From the NCBI GenBank assembly GCA_016235455.1, contig JACRKZ010000065.1:1-49462 (forward strand): a stretch of 49,462 nucleotides of DNA. Direction: 5' to 3'. Source of the stretch: Armatimonadota bacterium (lineage in GTDB: Bacteria; Armatimonadota; UBA10988). Shown here one piece after another: positions 32,101-41,082 of this stretch; within the stretch, counting starts at the first letter, position 1; every line of letters starts with the position of its first letter. The translations under genes were made by a program, and so were the position numbers. The notes beneath the pieces are model-generated. The model saw nothing but the letters and a program-made list of their open reading frames with translations. It did no database searches and was not told where the DNA came from.

Positions 32101-32760
32101 TTCGAACTCGGTCAGGTCGTCGGCGTGCCTGATGCGCCAGGCGGGCTCACCGGGCTGGCGCAAGTGAAACAGCGCGTGCCAACGCTCGTCGAAGGGCAGG
32201 CGATGAGCGCGCTCCTCGGTGGTGCGCCCGTCGGCGCTGGTGCCGTAGGTGCCCCGCACCACCTCGCCGTCAAGCACGTAGATGGAGCACCGCGCCACGC
32301 CAAGCCGCTCGCGCGGCAACTCCACCGCGCGGCGCAGCAGTGCCATGGCGTCGACGCTGGAGAGCAACTCGCGGATCATCTCCAGCACGGTGCGCAGGCC
32401 CTGTTCCAGCCAGGCCTCGTCCAGGTGGCCCGACAGATGCACATCGCCGTCGGCCCCGCGCCGCAGTCGCGCCGAGATCGAGCGCAGTTGCCCGGAGTCG
32501 TCCGGCAGCGCGATGCGCAGGACGGTCTCATCGCCCGCGGTCGCCAGCGACCGCGCCGCTTCGGCCAGCCGATGGCGTTGCTCGCCTGTCAGGCAGGCGT
32601 CGGAGCCCAGGTCCAGCCCAACGCGACGCCAAGCGGCATTGAACCGCGTCAGGCCGCACTGGGAATCCAGCACGGCCAGCAGCGACGGACACGCATCCCA
32701 CCATTCCGAGCCGATCACAGTGTGCAGAGACTCGCTTCCTGGGCCGGCCTGTGGTATCAC
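29119..32760 (-). CDS. Unorthodox hybrid histidine kinase (PAS-like, GAF, 2 PAS incl. FixL-like, HisKA, HATPase, 2 REC, HPt)
   Basis: [11 protein letters not shown]-box; [17 protein letters not shown]; DTGIGI; [17 protein letters not shown]; VLVVDDN..FMDCHMP; HPt SAHGLKG. Start uncertain (GTG at 32718, 32760 or 32790); the further upstream ORF extension is antisense to the next gene. Confidence 0.93.
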   Translation of the reverse strand: MIPQAGPGSESLHTVIGSEWWDACPSLLAVLDSQCGLTRFNAAWRRVGLDLGSDACLTGEQRHRLAEAARSLATAGDETVLRIALPDDSGQLRSISARLRRGADGDVHLSGHLDEAWLEQGLRTVLEMIRELLSSVDAMALLRRAVELPRERLGVARCSIYVLDGEVVRGTYGTSADGRTTEERAHRLPFDERWHALFHLRQPGEPAWRIRHADDLTEFEDGAERVIGRGWIAMTPIQSRSAPIAVFCNDPGLTGAGVDEQLQEVLAAYASLLGQLIEQHWADQALRDSEARWRAVVDTMGDGLVSATTHGRIVAFNRAAERLFGYSADQVIGRPVTMLMPPAEAARHDGYMRRHLLTVPVGSTDSRREVEGLRADGTTVPLDLVLTEMMQGDERVLVSLLRDVTERKAAEQAVRASLRELNAVLEAATQATIVATDTSGRILVFNAGAERLLGYQSEELVGQQTPLRFFLPSEVAAYAEEINAQYGRRFSGFEALTERARHGAYDEREWTLVRADGSHVIVRLAVTAVRDDDGRITGYLGTAVDLTAQKRAEQELRLAGERAEAANRAKSEFLAAMSHEIRTPLNAIIGLLGLLSESALGEQERDWVDTMRRSSGSLVTLVNDALDLAKIEAGRLDLEALPFDLRDIVTDTVDLYAAHAAEQGLDLIVHCPSNCPPTMVGDTVRLRQVLGNFLSNAFKFTAEGHVLVDIRCEPLDGDRVRLCLAVEDTGIGIEPTDLPRLFEEFTQADSSTTRRYGGTGLGLSICRHLAELMGGEVDANSTPGRGSRFEFRVPLGLVPGTPAVRGPFGEPVAADLLVLCGEPVLATSLCAMAAECGAHAAMAAPDDLTELDPSWSPAIILVDHHPPARDGLAAADRLTADGRWPDARRLLVAQPGAWTDAGTLREHGFHGYLLKPVWPWVLHQTLARVLTAAPAEVIHVRGEGDADPAGPAASAWPARVLVVDDNAVNRKVAAQILASLGCQVALAASGEEALEQSAASDPPYDVVFMDCHMPGMDGFQATQAIRARETDHRVPIVALTALAMVSDRERCLAAGMDDYVPKPITVAALRQALSRWCHTTPQADEPAAPLAPPTPTEPVLDEAMLRQYHTALSKREPDFVANMVALFERELPAQLEFLSAAVAAGDAAEVTRSAHGLKGTCATVGGKRAAALARDLEFAGREARLAGTAAMLDRLRAELESLRAALAELVTRL

Positions 32761-32803
32761 AAAGCGGCCCCGCCAGAGGGCTTGTACCACATCGGAGTCG
32801 ACC

Positions 32804-34171
32804 GTGGCCAGCCAGTTGGATCTTGACAGTCTGCAGCGCGAAGTGCTAGCCGCCGCCGAGCCCGGCCTCATCACCAGGCCGTTCGGCACACGCGTCGTGG
32901 CGCTGGCCGAGGATGCCTGGCCGCTGCTCGCCGCCTGCCTGGACGAGCTGTCGGCGCGCGAGGTCGTCGTCGTCACCGACGGCACACCCAAGACCCGCGG
33001 TGGCGAGCCGTTGCTCGCCGGCCTGCGAGCGATCTTGCCCCGGTCGACCCGGTTCGAGCTGCTGATGGGCGAGGTCCATGCCACCCAGGCCGAAGCCGAG
33101 GCGCTGGGCCGACGCATTGCCGGCGCGCGTGTGCTGCTCAGCGTCGGGTCGGGCGCGGTCACCGATCTGACCAAGAGCGCGCGCGACCACGCCGCGCCCG
33201 ATGCCGCGCTGATCTGCCTGCCCACGGCGGCCAGCGTCACGGCCTACACCTCGGCGCTGACCGTGCTGATGGTCGACGGTGTGAAGCGCACGCTACCCGC
33301 GCGCGCGCCCGACTACGTGTTCTGCGACCTGACCACCCTCAGCGAGGCGCCCGCGGTGATGACGCGCGCCGGATTCGGCGATGTCATGGCGCGTAGCGTG
33401 AGCTACGGCGACTGGTGGCTGGCGTCGCGCTTCGGGCTCGACGATGGCTTCAGCGTGGTGCCCGGCGTGGTCATGGGCCAGGCCGAGCAGGCCATGGTTG
33501 ACCGCGCGGCCGAGGTGGCGGCCGGTAGCCTCGCTGGCGTGCGCGCGGTGACCGAGGGCGTGCTGCGCGCGGGACTGGCCATGTCGGTGGTCAACCAGAC
33601 CGCGCCGCTCTCGGGCTGGGAGCATGTCATCAGCCACTGGCTGGACATGACCGCCGAAGGCTGGCAGCGGCAGCCCGCGCTGCATGGCGAGCAGGTCGGC
33701 GTCGCCACGCTGGTCGCCGCGCGTGCTTACGAACGGCTGTGGCCAGCGCTCGACCGAGCGGCCCTCGGCGGCTCGCTGGACCCCGCGGTGGACAGCGAGT
33801 GGCGCGCGGCCATCGCGTCTCGCTTCGCCCGCCTCCCCGGCGGCGAGGCCATGGCGGCCGAGGCCTGGCGTGATGTGAGCCGCAAGCTTGAGGCCTGGCG
33901 CGCGGCCGAGCCAGTGCGGCGCGCGTTCGTGGCGCGGCTCGACCAGGCTCAAGCTGAGCTCGACCGGCTGGTGCGGCCCGCCGCGCAGGTGGAGACGGCT
34001 CTGCGGGCCGCGGGCGCGCCGACCGAGTTCGGGCAGATGAGCCAGCCGGTCCCGGCCGAGGCGGCGCGAGAAGCCATCGGGCACGCGCATCTCGTGCGCG
34101 CGCGGCTGACGTTGGGCGATCTGCTGGCGCTGGGCGGCGGGTTGGACGTGACCTGGTTGTCCCGCCCTTAG
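32804..34171 (+). CDS. sn-glycerol-1-phosphate dehydrogenase (AraM/EgsA)-like, iron-containing ADH/DHQS fold
   Basis: [47 protein letters not shown]; GTG start with GGAG SD. Confidence 0.82.
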   Translation: MASQLDLDSLQREVLAAAEPGLITRPFGTRVVALAEDAWPLLAACLDELSAREVVVVTDGTPKTRGGEPLLAGLRAILPRSTRFELLMGEVHATQAEAEALGRRIAGARVLLSVGSGAVTDLTKSARDHAAPDAALICLPTAASVTAYTSALTVLMVDGVKRTLPARAPDYVFCDLTTLSEAPAVMTRAGFGDVMARSVSYGDWWLASRFGLDDGFSVVPGVVMGQAEQAMVDRAAEVAAGSLAGVRAVTEGVLRAGLAMSVVNQTAPLSGWEHVISHWLDMTAEGWQRQPALHGEQVGVATLVAARAYERLWPALDRAALGGSLDPAVDSEWRAAIASRFARLPGGEAMAAEAWRDVSRKLEAWRAAEPVRRAFVARLDQAQAELDRLVRPAAQVETALRAAGAPTEFGQMSQPVPAEAAREAIGHAHLVRARLTLGDLLALGGGLDVTWLSRP

Positions 34172-34189
34172 GCGGGACAACCGGCTCGC

Positions 34190-35092
34190 TCAGATGCCCA
34201 GGCTCAGCAGGTACTGCCGACTGGCGGTGATGCTCTCGAGTGCCGAGGCGCGTGGCGTCCGGTCGATCTCGACGATGACCCAGCCGTAGTAGTCGGCGCG
34301 GGCCAGCACATCGAACAGCAGCGGGAAGTCGATCATGCCGTCGCCCAGCTCCACCCAGCCGCCGCTGCCCACGAACTTGCCGTAGTCCCAGCCCTCGGCG
34401 CGGCTGGCCTCGACCAGGTCGGCGCGCGCATCCTTGAGGTGCAGTGTCTTGATGCGGCCCATATGGCGGTCGCAGAAGGCGACAGGGTCGGCTCCGGCCC
34501 AGGCCAGATGACCCACATCGGGGCCCAGGAAGAGCAGGTTCGGGTCGGTCAGCTCAAGCAGCTTCTCCATCTCCTCCTCGGTCTCCACCACCGAGCCGAC
34601 ATGGTTGTGGAAGCACGACCACACGCCGTAGTCCATCGTCAGCGTGCCGATCTCGTTGAGCCGCTCGGCCATGTACTTGAATTCGTCGGCGGTCAGCCCA
34701 TCCTCTGGCCCCACGTGGCCGGCGAGCTGGCTGCGCGTCTTGCCGCATGCCCGGCTGACATAGTCGAACCCACCCGCGGCCACGTACAGCTCATAGCAGC
34801 CGATGCCGGCGTGGAAGTCGGCTTGGCGATGCGCCGCGGCCAGGATGTCGTCGCGCTTCTCGGGCTTCCACCAGTCCACGCCGAGGTAGCCGGAGACCGG
34901 CGTCAGGCCGTGCGACTCATACAGCGCGCGCGTCTCGCGGGGCGTGCGGCCCTCACGCGGGCCGCTGGTGGCGCCGGCATAGCCCGCCGCGGCTATCTCG
35001 CTGAGGATGCGCTCCTCCGGGTAGGCGTCAGGCTCGGCCTGTCGGAACTGGCCGTAGGTGATCGATGAACAAGCCACGCGAACGTGGGCCAT
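34190..35092 (-). CDS. Sugar phosphate isomerase/epimerase TIM barrel, IolE (inosose dehydratase)-like
   Basis: FHNHVGSVVET, GPDVGHL, LHLKD, ELGDGMIDF, GWVIVEID. Confidence 0.85.
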   Translation of the reverse strand: MAHVRVACSSITYGQFRQAEPDAYPEERILSEIAAAGYAGATSGPREGRTPRETRALYESHGLTPVSGYLGVDWWKPEKRDDILAAAHRQADFHAGIGCYELYVAAGGFDYVSRACGKTRSQLAGHVGPEDGLTADEFKYMAERLNEIGTLTMDYGVWSCFHNHVGSVVETEEEMEKLLELTDPNLLFLGPDVGHLAWAGADPVAFCDRHMGRIKTLHLKDARADLVEASRAEGWDYGKFVGSGGWVELGDGMIDFPLLFDVLARADYYGWVIVEIDRTPRASALESITASRQYLLSLGI

Positions 35093-35105
35093 GGGATGCT
35101 CCTTC

Positions 35106-36467
35106 CTAGCTCAGTGCGGCGTAGCCGGCCGGCTCCAGCGCCGCCACGCGCGGCTCCAGGGCGCCCAGTTCCTCGCGCAGCGGATCGACGCGCTCCGCGA
35201 CGTAGCGCTCCAGCCACAGCGCGGGGACCAGGCCGGCATGTGCCGACTTGACCTCCATGCCGGCGGCGCCGGCGTGGGCCACGGCGTCGCGCAGCCACTT
35301 CAGGCGCCCGACGGACACGCCGGCGCCACGGCGGCGGCCGTCCAGGGTCGCCGTGGTCAACACCTCACGCAGTTGCCGCACCACGCCCCAGGCGCCGTTG
35401 CGCGCGTCGCGCAGCTTGGCCAGGGCCGCGAAGCACGCCTCGAAGGTCTGGCGCTCGCCGATGCCGTCCAGAATGCCCAGGCAGGCATCGCGCCCGCCCT
35501 CGGGCGACTCGCCGTCGTGGAGGATGAGACCGACGTTGACCAGGCAGTCCAGAGCACCGTCGATGGGCTCGCACTGCACATCCTGGGTGGAGTAGCGGCT
35601 CCAGGCCGTGGCGATGACTCCGGCCAGGCCATACTTGCCGGCGATGTCGGCATAGCCCTGCGCGTTCTCCTCGCGCGTGGCCCACACCGGCAGGTCGACG
35701 TTGTGGCCGTCGGCGCCCTTGTAGGCGGTGCCGCCCCACATCGTGATGCCGTGCTCGCAGAGCCGGTCGAAGTGCTTGACGGCATGGTGCGCGCCGGTGG
35801 TGTCGGGCCGGCCGCCATAGCCCCAGACGCACAGGTCGGCCTTAGGCGCGAAACGGCGCAGGGCCTGGCTGTCCCAGGAGAGCATCATGTCGTGCCACAG
35901 GATGGGTCGCACGCCGCGCGCGTTGAGCTTGTCGAGGATCGGGTCGATGTGGTGCAGATACAGCGCGCCCTTGCCATGCTCGGCTATGTAGGCGCTCGTG
36001 TGCGGATGCGTGCCGAAACTCCAGGCTTCGTCGCCGCCCAGGTGCAGATAGCGCTGGTCGGGCAGGAGCTCGAGCACGTCGTCGACCATGGCCTGCACAA
36101 GCTCGCGCGCACCGGGCGCGAGCGGGTTGAGCACGTCGCTCTTGTGCGGCACCTCGCGCAAATGCTCGTAGCCGGCAACACTCAGCGGCGTCTCCATGTG
36201 GCCCAGGCATTGCACCAGCGAGATGATCTCGATGCCGCGCTGCGCCGCGGCGGCCGCGAAGCGCAGGACCTCGTCGCGGGTGTAGGCCGTCTCGCAGCGG
36301 AAGCGCGGATCGACGGTCCAGGGGAACGTGTCCTCCCACTCGGCAACGATGGCGTTGTACTTGGCGGCGGACAACACATCGAGCAGGCTGATCAGCCGCT
36401 CCGGCGTCGGTGGCACGCCCTTCAGGTCGAGGTGGATGGCCCTAATCGGGACGACGGGCTCAGGCAT
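35106..36467 (-). CDS. Glycoside hydrolase family 20 (hexosaminidase D/HEXDC-like), no signal peptide
   Basis: IHLDLKGVPP, EWEDTFP, LVQCLGHME, HLGGDEA (catalytic Asp-Glu), WHDM, WGY, AYKGA, TAWSRY. Confidence 0.88.
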   Translation of the reverse strand: MPEPVVPIRAIHLDLKGVPPTPERLISLLDVLSAAKYNAIVAEWEDTFPWTVDPRFRCETAYTRDEVLRFAAAAAQRGIEIISLVQCLGHMETPLSVAGYEHLREVPHKSDVLNPLAPGARELVQAMVDDVLELLPDQRYLHLGGDEAWSFGTHPHTSAYIAEHGKGALYLHHIDPILDKLNARGVRPILWHDMMLSWDSQALRRFAPKADLCVWGYGGRPDTTGAHHAVKHFDRLCEHGITMWGGTAYKGADGHNVDLPVWATREENAQGYADIAGKYGLAGVIATAWSRYSTQDVQCEPIDGALDCLVNVGLILHDGESPEGGRDACLGILDGIGERQTFEACFAALAKLRDARNGAWGVVRQLREVLTTATLDGRRRGAGVSVGRLKWLRDAVAHAGAAGMEVKSAHAGLVPALWLERYVAERVDPLREELGALEPRVAALEPAGYAALS

Positions 36468-36477
36468 CGCGGTTCTC

Positions 36478-37170
36478 CTAGCGCAAGGTTGAGGCACCGC
36501 TGGCGAGGCCCAGCCGGGTGGGGACCTGGTAGTCCAGGTAGGGTCGCAGGGCGGCGCTCATCAGGTCGTAGCCCAGATCGTTCATGTGCAGCTTGTCGGG
36601 CCGGAGCACATCGAGCCGCGGCAGGCCGTCGGCGCCGAGCGTGTAGCTGTCGACGTCGAGCACGACGGATTCCCAGTCGTAGGAGAGCAGGTCGGCGACC
36701 AGGGCGTTGGTCTGCTGCTCGATGGGCCGCAGGTTCCAGCGGGCGGCCGTGGCTTTGATGGGGACCCAGACAAACCGCGTCAGCGGCATGTCGGCGCGCA
36801 CGCGGCGCAGCAGCGCGGCCACGCCGTCGCGCACGGTCCGCGGGCTGACGCCGCCGGCCAGGTCGTTGCCGCCAGCGTAGAAGACGATGACGCGCGGCCG
36901 GTAGGGCCGGATGATGCGCTCGTAGAAAGCCACGCTGTCGGCCACGGTGGAGCCGCCGAAGCCGCGGTTGAGAGCCGGCAGACCCGGGAAGCAGCGGGTC
37001 AGGTTCCAGCCCACGATGGTCGAACTGCCGACGAACAGCACCTGTCCGGTCGGCGGCGGACTCTTGGCATCGGCGGCCTCAAAGGCCTTGATGTTCGGCT
37101 CCCAGCGCTCGGGCCCGGCGAGGGCCGCGGTGCACGACAGCAGGCACGCAACGGCAACTAGTCTCTTCAT
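36478..37170 (-). CDS. Secreted SGNH/GDSL hydrolase
   Basis: Signal peptide MKRLVAV..; FVGSST, NRGFGGS, YAGGND, DKLHMN blocks. Confidence 0.9.
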   Translation of the reverse strand: MKRLVAVACLLSCTAALAGPERWEPNIKAFEAADAKSPPPTGQVLFVGSSTIVGWNLTRCFPGLPALNRGFGGSTVADSVAFYERIIRPYRPRVIVFYAGGNDLAGGVSPRTVRDGVAALLRRVRADMPLTRFVWVPIKATAARWNLRPIEQQTNALVADLLSYDWESVVLDVDSYTLGADGLPRLDVLRPDKLHMNDLGYDLMSAALRPYLDYQVPTRLGLASGASTLR

Positions 37171-37334
37171 GGTTCTCTCTGGCAGTCGCGCGGTTCGGCG
37201 CGGCGCGGCGGTCTCCTGCTGGCTGGCCGAGCCTGGCGCCTCGACTCGACGTGCCGCGAAGGGCGCTGTCTGGGCCGTCGTCCGCGTTAGCACGAATCGC
37301 CCAAACGGACGCCGCACCTTTGACCCGATTGTGC

Positions 37335-37363
37335 TTGCACCTCGGAATCGGGTGGGGTACTTT
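37335..37363 (+). promoter_or_regulatory. Putative sigma70-type promoter for the Gfo-sulfatase-Gfo-isomerase operon (TTGCAC-17bp-TACTTT)
   Basis: TTGCAC at 37335-37340, 17-bp spacer, TACTTT at 37358-37363, then GGAGG SD and ATG at 37388. Confidence 0.55.
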
Positions 37364-37387
37364 GACCCACCGACAGTGGAGGAACCG

Positions 37388-38440
37388 ATGGCTGCACCCT
37401 ATGGCCTGGCCGTGTTGGGCTACGCCCATGGCCATGTTGGCTCGTACACCTCGCAGATCCGCGGGTTCGATGACGCGCAGGTGCTCACCTGCTGGGACCA
37501 CGACGAGAACCGGGCGCGCTCCAACGCGGCGAACTTCGGCCACGACTACTCGACCGATCTGGCCGCCGTGCTGGCTCGCGATGATGTGCAGGGCGTGATG
37601 ATCGGCGCCGAGACCAACCGCCACGCCGATGTGGCCGTGGCCGCCGCCGAGGCCGGCAAGGACATCCTCATCCAGAAGCCGCTGGCCTTCCGGCTGGACG
37701 ACTGCGACCGGATCATCGCCGCTGTCGAGCGGGCCGGCGTGCGCGCCATGGTGGCCTACCAGATGCGCTGCGACCCGCTCAACCAGAAGATCAAGGAGAT
37801 CATCGACTCGGGCGCCATTGGGCGCGTCGGCTACATCCGCCGCCGCCACTGCATCGATGTGCTGTTCAACGAGGGCTTCGTCAAGGGCGCGAGCAACTGG
37901 CACATCTCCGCCGAGGCCAACAAGGGCATGTTCTCCGACGATGCCTCGCACGCAGCGGACTTCCTGCTGTGGGTGCTGGGCATGCCCGTCTCGGTCATGG
38001 CCGAGATCGACAACGTGCTGACCAACGTGGCCCCAGACGACACCGGCGTGGCCCTCTACCGCTGGGCCGACGGCTGCATGGGCACGTTGATGAATGCCTC
38101 GGTGACCCGCGCCGCGGAGAACACCACCGAGGTCTACGGGGACAAGGGCACCATCGTCCAGAACCACGACGACGGGCCGTCGACCGGCGTCCGGCCCCCT
38201 GGCGCGGTGGGGCTCAAGCTGTACACGGTCGAGACCGGAGCCTGGGAGCTGTTCGACATTCCGCTGCCCGCGGGCCATGGCGAGCGCATCGCCGCGGTCG
38301 CGCGCCGCGCCGTGGACTGGTTCCTCGGCCGGGCCGAGCCGATCAGCACGCTGGCCGAGGCGAAGCAGACCGTCCACATGATTCTGGGCGCATACCAGTC
38401 GGCCGAGACCGGCCGGCGCGTGAAGCTGCCGCTGGAGTGA
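37388..38440 (+). CDS. Gfo/Idh/MocA family oxidoreductase
   Basis: AVLGYAHGH, AETNRHAD, ILIQKPLA, GMFSDDASHAAD, VYGDKG, AYQSAETGRRV. Confidence 0.9.
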   Translation: MAAPYGLAVLGYAHGHVGSYTSQIRGFDDAQVLTCWDHDENRARSNAANFGHDYSTDLAAVLARDDVQGVMIGAETNRHADVAVAAAEAGKDILIQKPLAFRLDDCDRIIAAVERAGVRAMVAYQMRCDPLNQKIKEIIDSGAIGRVGYIRRRHCIDVLFNEGFVKGASNWHISAEANKGMFSDDASHAADFLLWVLGMPVSVMAEIDNVLTNVAPDDTGVALYRWADGCMGTLMNASVTRAAENTTEVYGDKGTIVQNHDDGPSTGVRPPGAVGLKLYTVETGAWELFDIPLPAGHGERIAAVARRAVDWFLGRAEPISTLAEAKQTVHMILGAYQSAETGRRVKLPLE

Positions 38441-38516
38441 CATTTCGCCCGCCGTGGGCAGGTTGTCCGCGGCCACACCCGAACAAGGGTCCACCTGTCA
38501 GAGCGAGGATAGACAC

Positions 38517-39917
38517 ATGGCATGTTGCACGGGCCGCCGGCCCAACATCGTTATCTTCGGCATCGACTCGCTGTCTGCCGATCACATGAGCTGCTACGGC
38601 TACCCGAAGCTGACCACGCCGCATCTGGACGAGCTGTCCTATGAAGGCACCCTGTGGGAGCGCTACTACAGCCCGCACATCCCGACCACCAGCGGCTATG
38701 CCGGCATGCTGACCGGGCGCGACGTGTTTGGAACGCAGGTCGTCGCCTTGCGTCACCAGGGACCGATGCGCGCCGAGGTGCCGACGTTGGCCGAGATCCT
38801 CGGAGCCGCCGGCTACAACACCACCTCCATCGGCTTCGAGGGCAACCCCGCCGCCCGCGGCTTCCAGAAGTACATCAACTTCTCGGGCTGGGGCTCGTGG
38901 GAGCAGCGGCCCAGCCGCAAGGCCGAGAACCTCAACGAGGTCACGGTCCCCGAGATCAGTCGCCTGGCCGGCGAGGACAAGCCGTTCTTCATGCTGCTGC
39001 GGCACATGGACCCGCACTCCCCCTATTTGCCGCCGTCGCCCTATGACCGCCTGTTCTACCACGGCGACGAGACGGACCCGGAGAACCACTCGCTGGACGG
39101 TATGTGGGCCTTCAAGCCTTTCTGCGACTACTTCGCCGCCTGGATGCCGCCCGGCTGCACCGACGCCGAATACGTCAACGCCCAGTACGACGGCGCCGTG
39201 GCCTACATGGACGCCTGCATCGGTGTGCTGATCAACCAGCTCGACACGCTCGGAATCCTGGACAACACGATCATCGTCATCACCGCCGACCACGGCGAGA
39301 CGCTCGACGAGCACGACTGCTGGTACGACCATCACGGCATCTACGACAACACGCTCCACGTGCCGATGATCATCCGCTACCCGGCCAAGGTGGCCGGCGG
39401 CCAGCGCGTGCCGGGCTACTGCTTCCACAAGGACCTGGTACCGACCATCCTCGAACTGGCCGAGGTCGAGACGGATGCGCAGTTCGACGGCACCAGTCTG
39501 ATGGAGCTCGCGTCGGGCGACGTGGCCAGCCACGAGAGCGAGTTCTACATCACCGAATGCACCTGGATGCGCAAGCACGGCTGGCGCACCCCGGAGTGGA
39601 AGCTGATGGTGGCCCTGGAGCCCGACTTCCACTTCAAGCCGGGCATCGAGCTCTACAACCTGGTGACCGATCCCCTCGAGAACACCAACGTCGCCGAGCA
39701 GAACCCGGACATCGTGGCCACGCTACGCGGCCGGCTGGAGGCCCATGTGGCCCGCCGCATGGCCGAGACCGGTCTGCCCAGCCCGATCGAGAACCAGGGC
39801 GATTGGCACGGCATCGCCGGGCTCGGACCGTTCAAGACCAGCCAGCAGGCGTTCGACACGCTGCACATCGGCGACCCCGGACAGGCTCAGCGCCTGCAAG
39901 CCGAAAGCCGAAAGTAG
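38517..39917 (+). CDS. Sulfatase-like / alkaline-phosphatase-superfamily hydrolase with Thr at the nucleophile position
   Basis: PNIVIFGIDSL, TPHLD, PTTSGYAGMLTG, DPHSPY, YDGAVAYMD, TADHGE, HVPMIIRYP, ELYNL..DPLE..N. Confidence 0.85.
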   Translation: MACCTGRRPNIVIFGIDSLSADHMSCYGYPKLTTPHLDELSYEGTLWERYYSPHIPTTSGYAGMLTGRDVFGTQVVALRHQGPMRAEVPTLAEILGAAGYNTTSIGFEGNPAARGFQKYINFSGWGSWEQRPSRKAENLNEVTVPEISRLAGEDKPFFMLLRHMDPHSPYLPPSPYDRLFYHGDETDPENHSLDGMWAFKPFCDYFAAWMPPGCTDAEYVNAQYDGAVAYMDACIGVLINQLDTLGILDNTIIVITADHGETLDEHDCWYDHHGIYDNTLHVPMIIRYPAKVAGGQRVPGYCFHKDLVPTILELAEVETDAQFDGTSLMELASGDVASHESEFYITECTWMRKHGWRTPEWKLMVALEPDFHFKPGIELYNLVTDPLENTNVAEQNPDIVATLRGRLEAHVARRMAETGLPSPIENQGDWHGIAGLGPFKTSQQAFDTLHIGDPGQAQRLQAESRK

Positions 39918-39934
39918 CGGCGGACGGAGAGTAA

Positions 39935-40006
39935 GATCCACAGATTGCACAGATTGCACAGATGAGGAACCCGCCCGATCTGTGTAATCTGCGCAATCTG
40001 TGGATC
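39935..40006. repeat. Intergenic palindrome; 29-bp arms built of three 9-bp CACAGATTG units
   Basis: GATCCACAGATTGCACAGATTGCACAGAT (39935-39963), 14-nt loop, ATCTGTGTAATCTGCGCAATCTGTGGATC (39978-40006); 2 mismatches. Confidence 0.92.
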
Positions 40007-40038
40007 GAGGGGCCTTTGGGGGTCAGAGGAGAGCTGCC

Positions 40039-41055
40039 ATGCTGAGGGTGGCGGTCATCGGCATGGGACCGATTGGCAATCGGCACGCGATGATCTACCG
40101 AGAGAACCCGCTCTCGGAGTTGGTTGGGGTCTGCGATGTGCGGCCCGACCGCCTGGACGCCGCCAAGGCGGCGCATGGCGTGCCCGGCTGGGACAACGTC
40201 GAGACCATGCTGCGCGATCTGGCGCCGGACCTTGTCAGCGTCACCACCGGCGGGTATGAGTACGGTAGCGACCACTACGAGCCGACCATGCAGGCGCTGG
40301 CGTCTCGTTGCCACGTGCTGGGCGAGAAGCCCATCTCCAACGAGATCCCGCTCGCCGAGGCGATGGTCGCCAAGGCGCGTGAGATGGGCGTCTGCTACGG
40401 CATCAACCTCAACCACCGCTTCACGCCGGCCACGCTGGTCGCCAAGAAGTGGCAGGAGGAGGGTCGACTCGGGCACCTGCTGTTCTGCAACATGGCCATG
40501 TGGATCATGAACCCCGCCGAGAGCTCGCCCTACTTCCAGCTCAAGGCGCTGCATCCGCATACCGTCGACGTCATGCGCTACTTCTGTGGCGATGTCGAGG
40601 CCGTGCAGTGCTTCGCAACCAAGGCGCCGGGCCGCTCCATCTGGTCCACCGCGCAGTTCAACATGCGTTTCGTCAACGGCGTCGTCGCCTCGCTGACCGG
40701 CAGCTACGACATCCAGCGCGGCCATCCCATGGAGCGCTGCGAAGTCGCCGGCACCGGTGGGCGATTCGTGCTCGAGGATATGTGGCGCCAGGCCACGCTG
40801 TACCCCGCGGGCGACCTGATCAAGTCGGTCTACACCGACCCGGCGTTCGGCAGCTTCGGCGACTTCGTGGACACCTTCCGCGCGCGCTTGGCCAAGTTCC
40901 TGCAGCAGGTCACCGACGGCGTCGCGCCTGATCAGATCGACGGCTCGGGCGCCGACGGCCTCGCGGCCCAACGCGTGCTGGCCGCGGCCATCGAGTCGCT
41001 GGACAATGAGACCGTGGTGCGCGTGGCCCACGAAACTGCCCAACCATCTGCGTAA
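40039..41055 (+). CDS. Gfo/Idh/MocA family oxidoreductase
   Basis: VAVIGMGPIG (GxGxxG), HVLGEKPIS, NLNHRF, HPHTVDVMRYF, EVAGTGG. Confidence 0.92.
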   Translation: MLRVAVIGMGPIGNRHAMIYRENPLSELVGVCDVRPDRLDAAKAAHGVPGWDNVETMLRDLAPDLVSVTTGGYEYGSDHYEPTMQALASRCHVLGEKPISNEIPLAEAMVAKAREMGVCYGINLNHRFTPATLVAKKWQEEGRLGHLLFCNMAMWIMNPAESSPYFQLKALHPHTVDVMRYFCGDVEAVQCFATKAPGRSIWSTAQFNMRFVNGVVASLTGSYDIQRGHPMERCEVAGTGGRFVLEDMWRQATLYPAGDLIKSVYTDPAFGSFGDFVDTFRARLAKFLQQVTDGVAPDQIDGSGADGLAAQRVLAAAIESLDNETVVRVAHETAQPSA

Positions 41056-41068
41056 TCTGTGCAACCTG
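41046..41068. repeat. Half-copy (right arm) of the 9-bp-unit palindrome, overlapping the Gfo stop codon
   Basis: ATCTGCGTAATCTGTGCAACCTG closely matches the right arm at 39978; its TAA (41053-41055) is the gene's stop codon. Confidence 0.8.
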
Positions 41069-41082
41069 ATGAGGAGTGAGTG

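Noticed and set aside
32791-33240. Mutual overlap of the kinase ORF (to 33240) and the dehydrogenase ORF (from 32282)
   Set aside because: Both extensions are antisense read-through without domain content; real starts are near 32760 and 32804.
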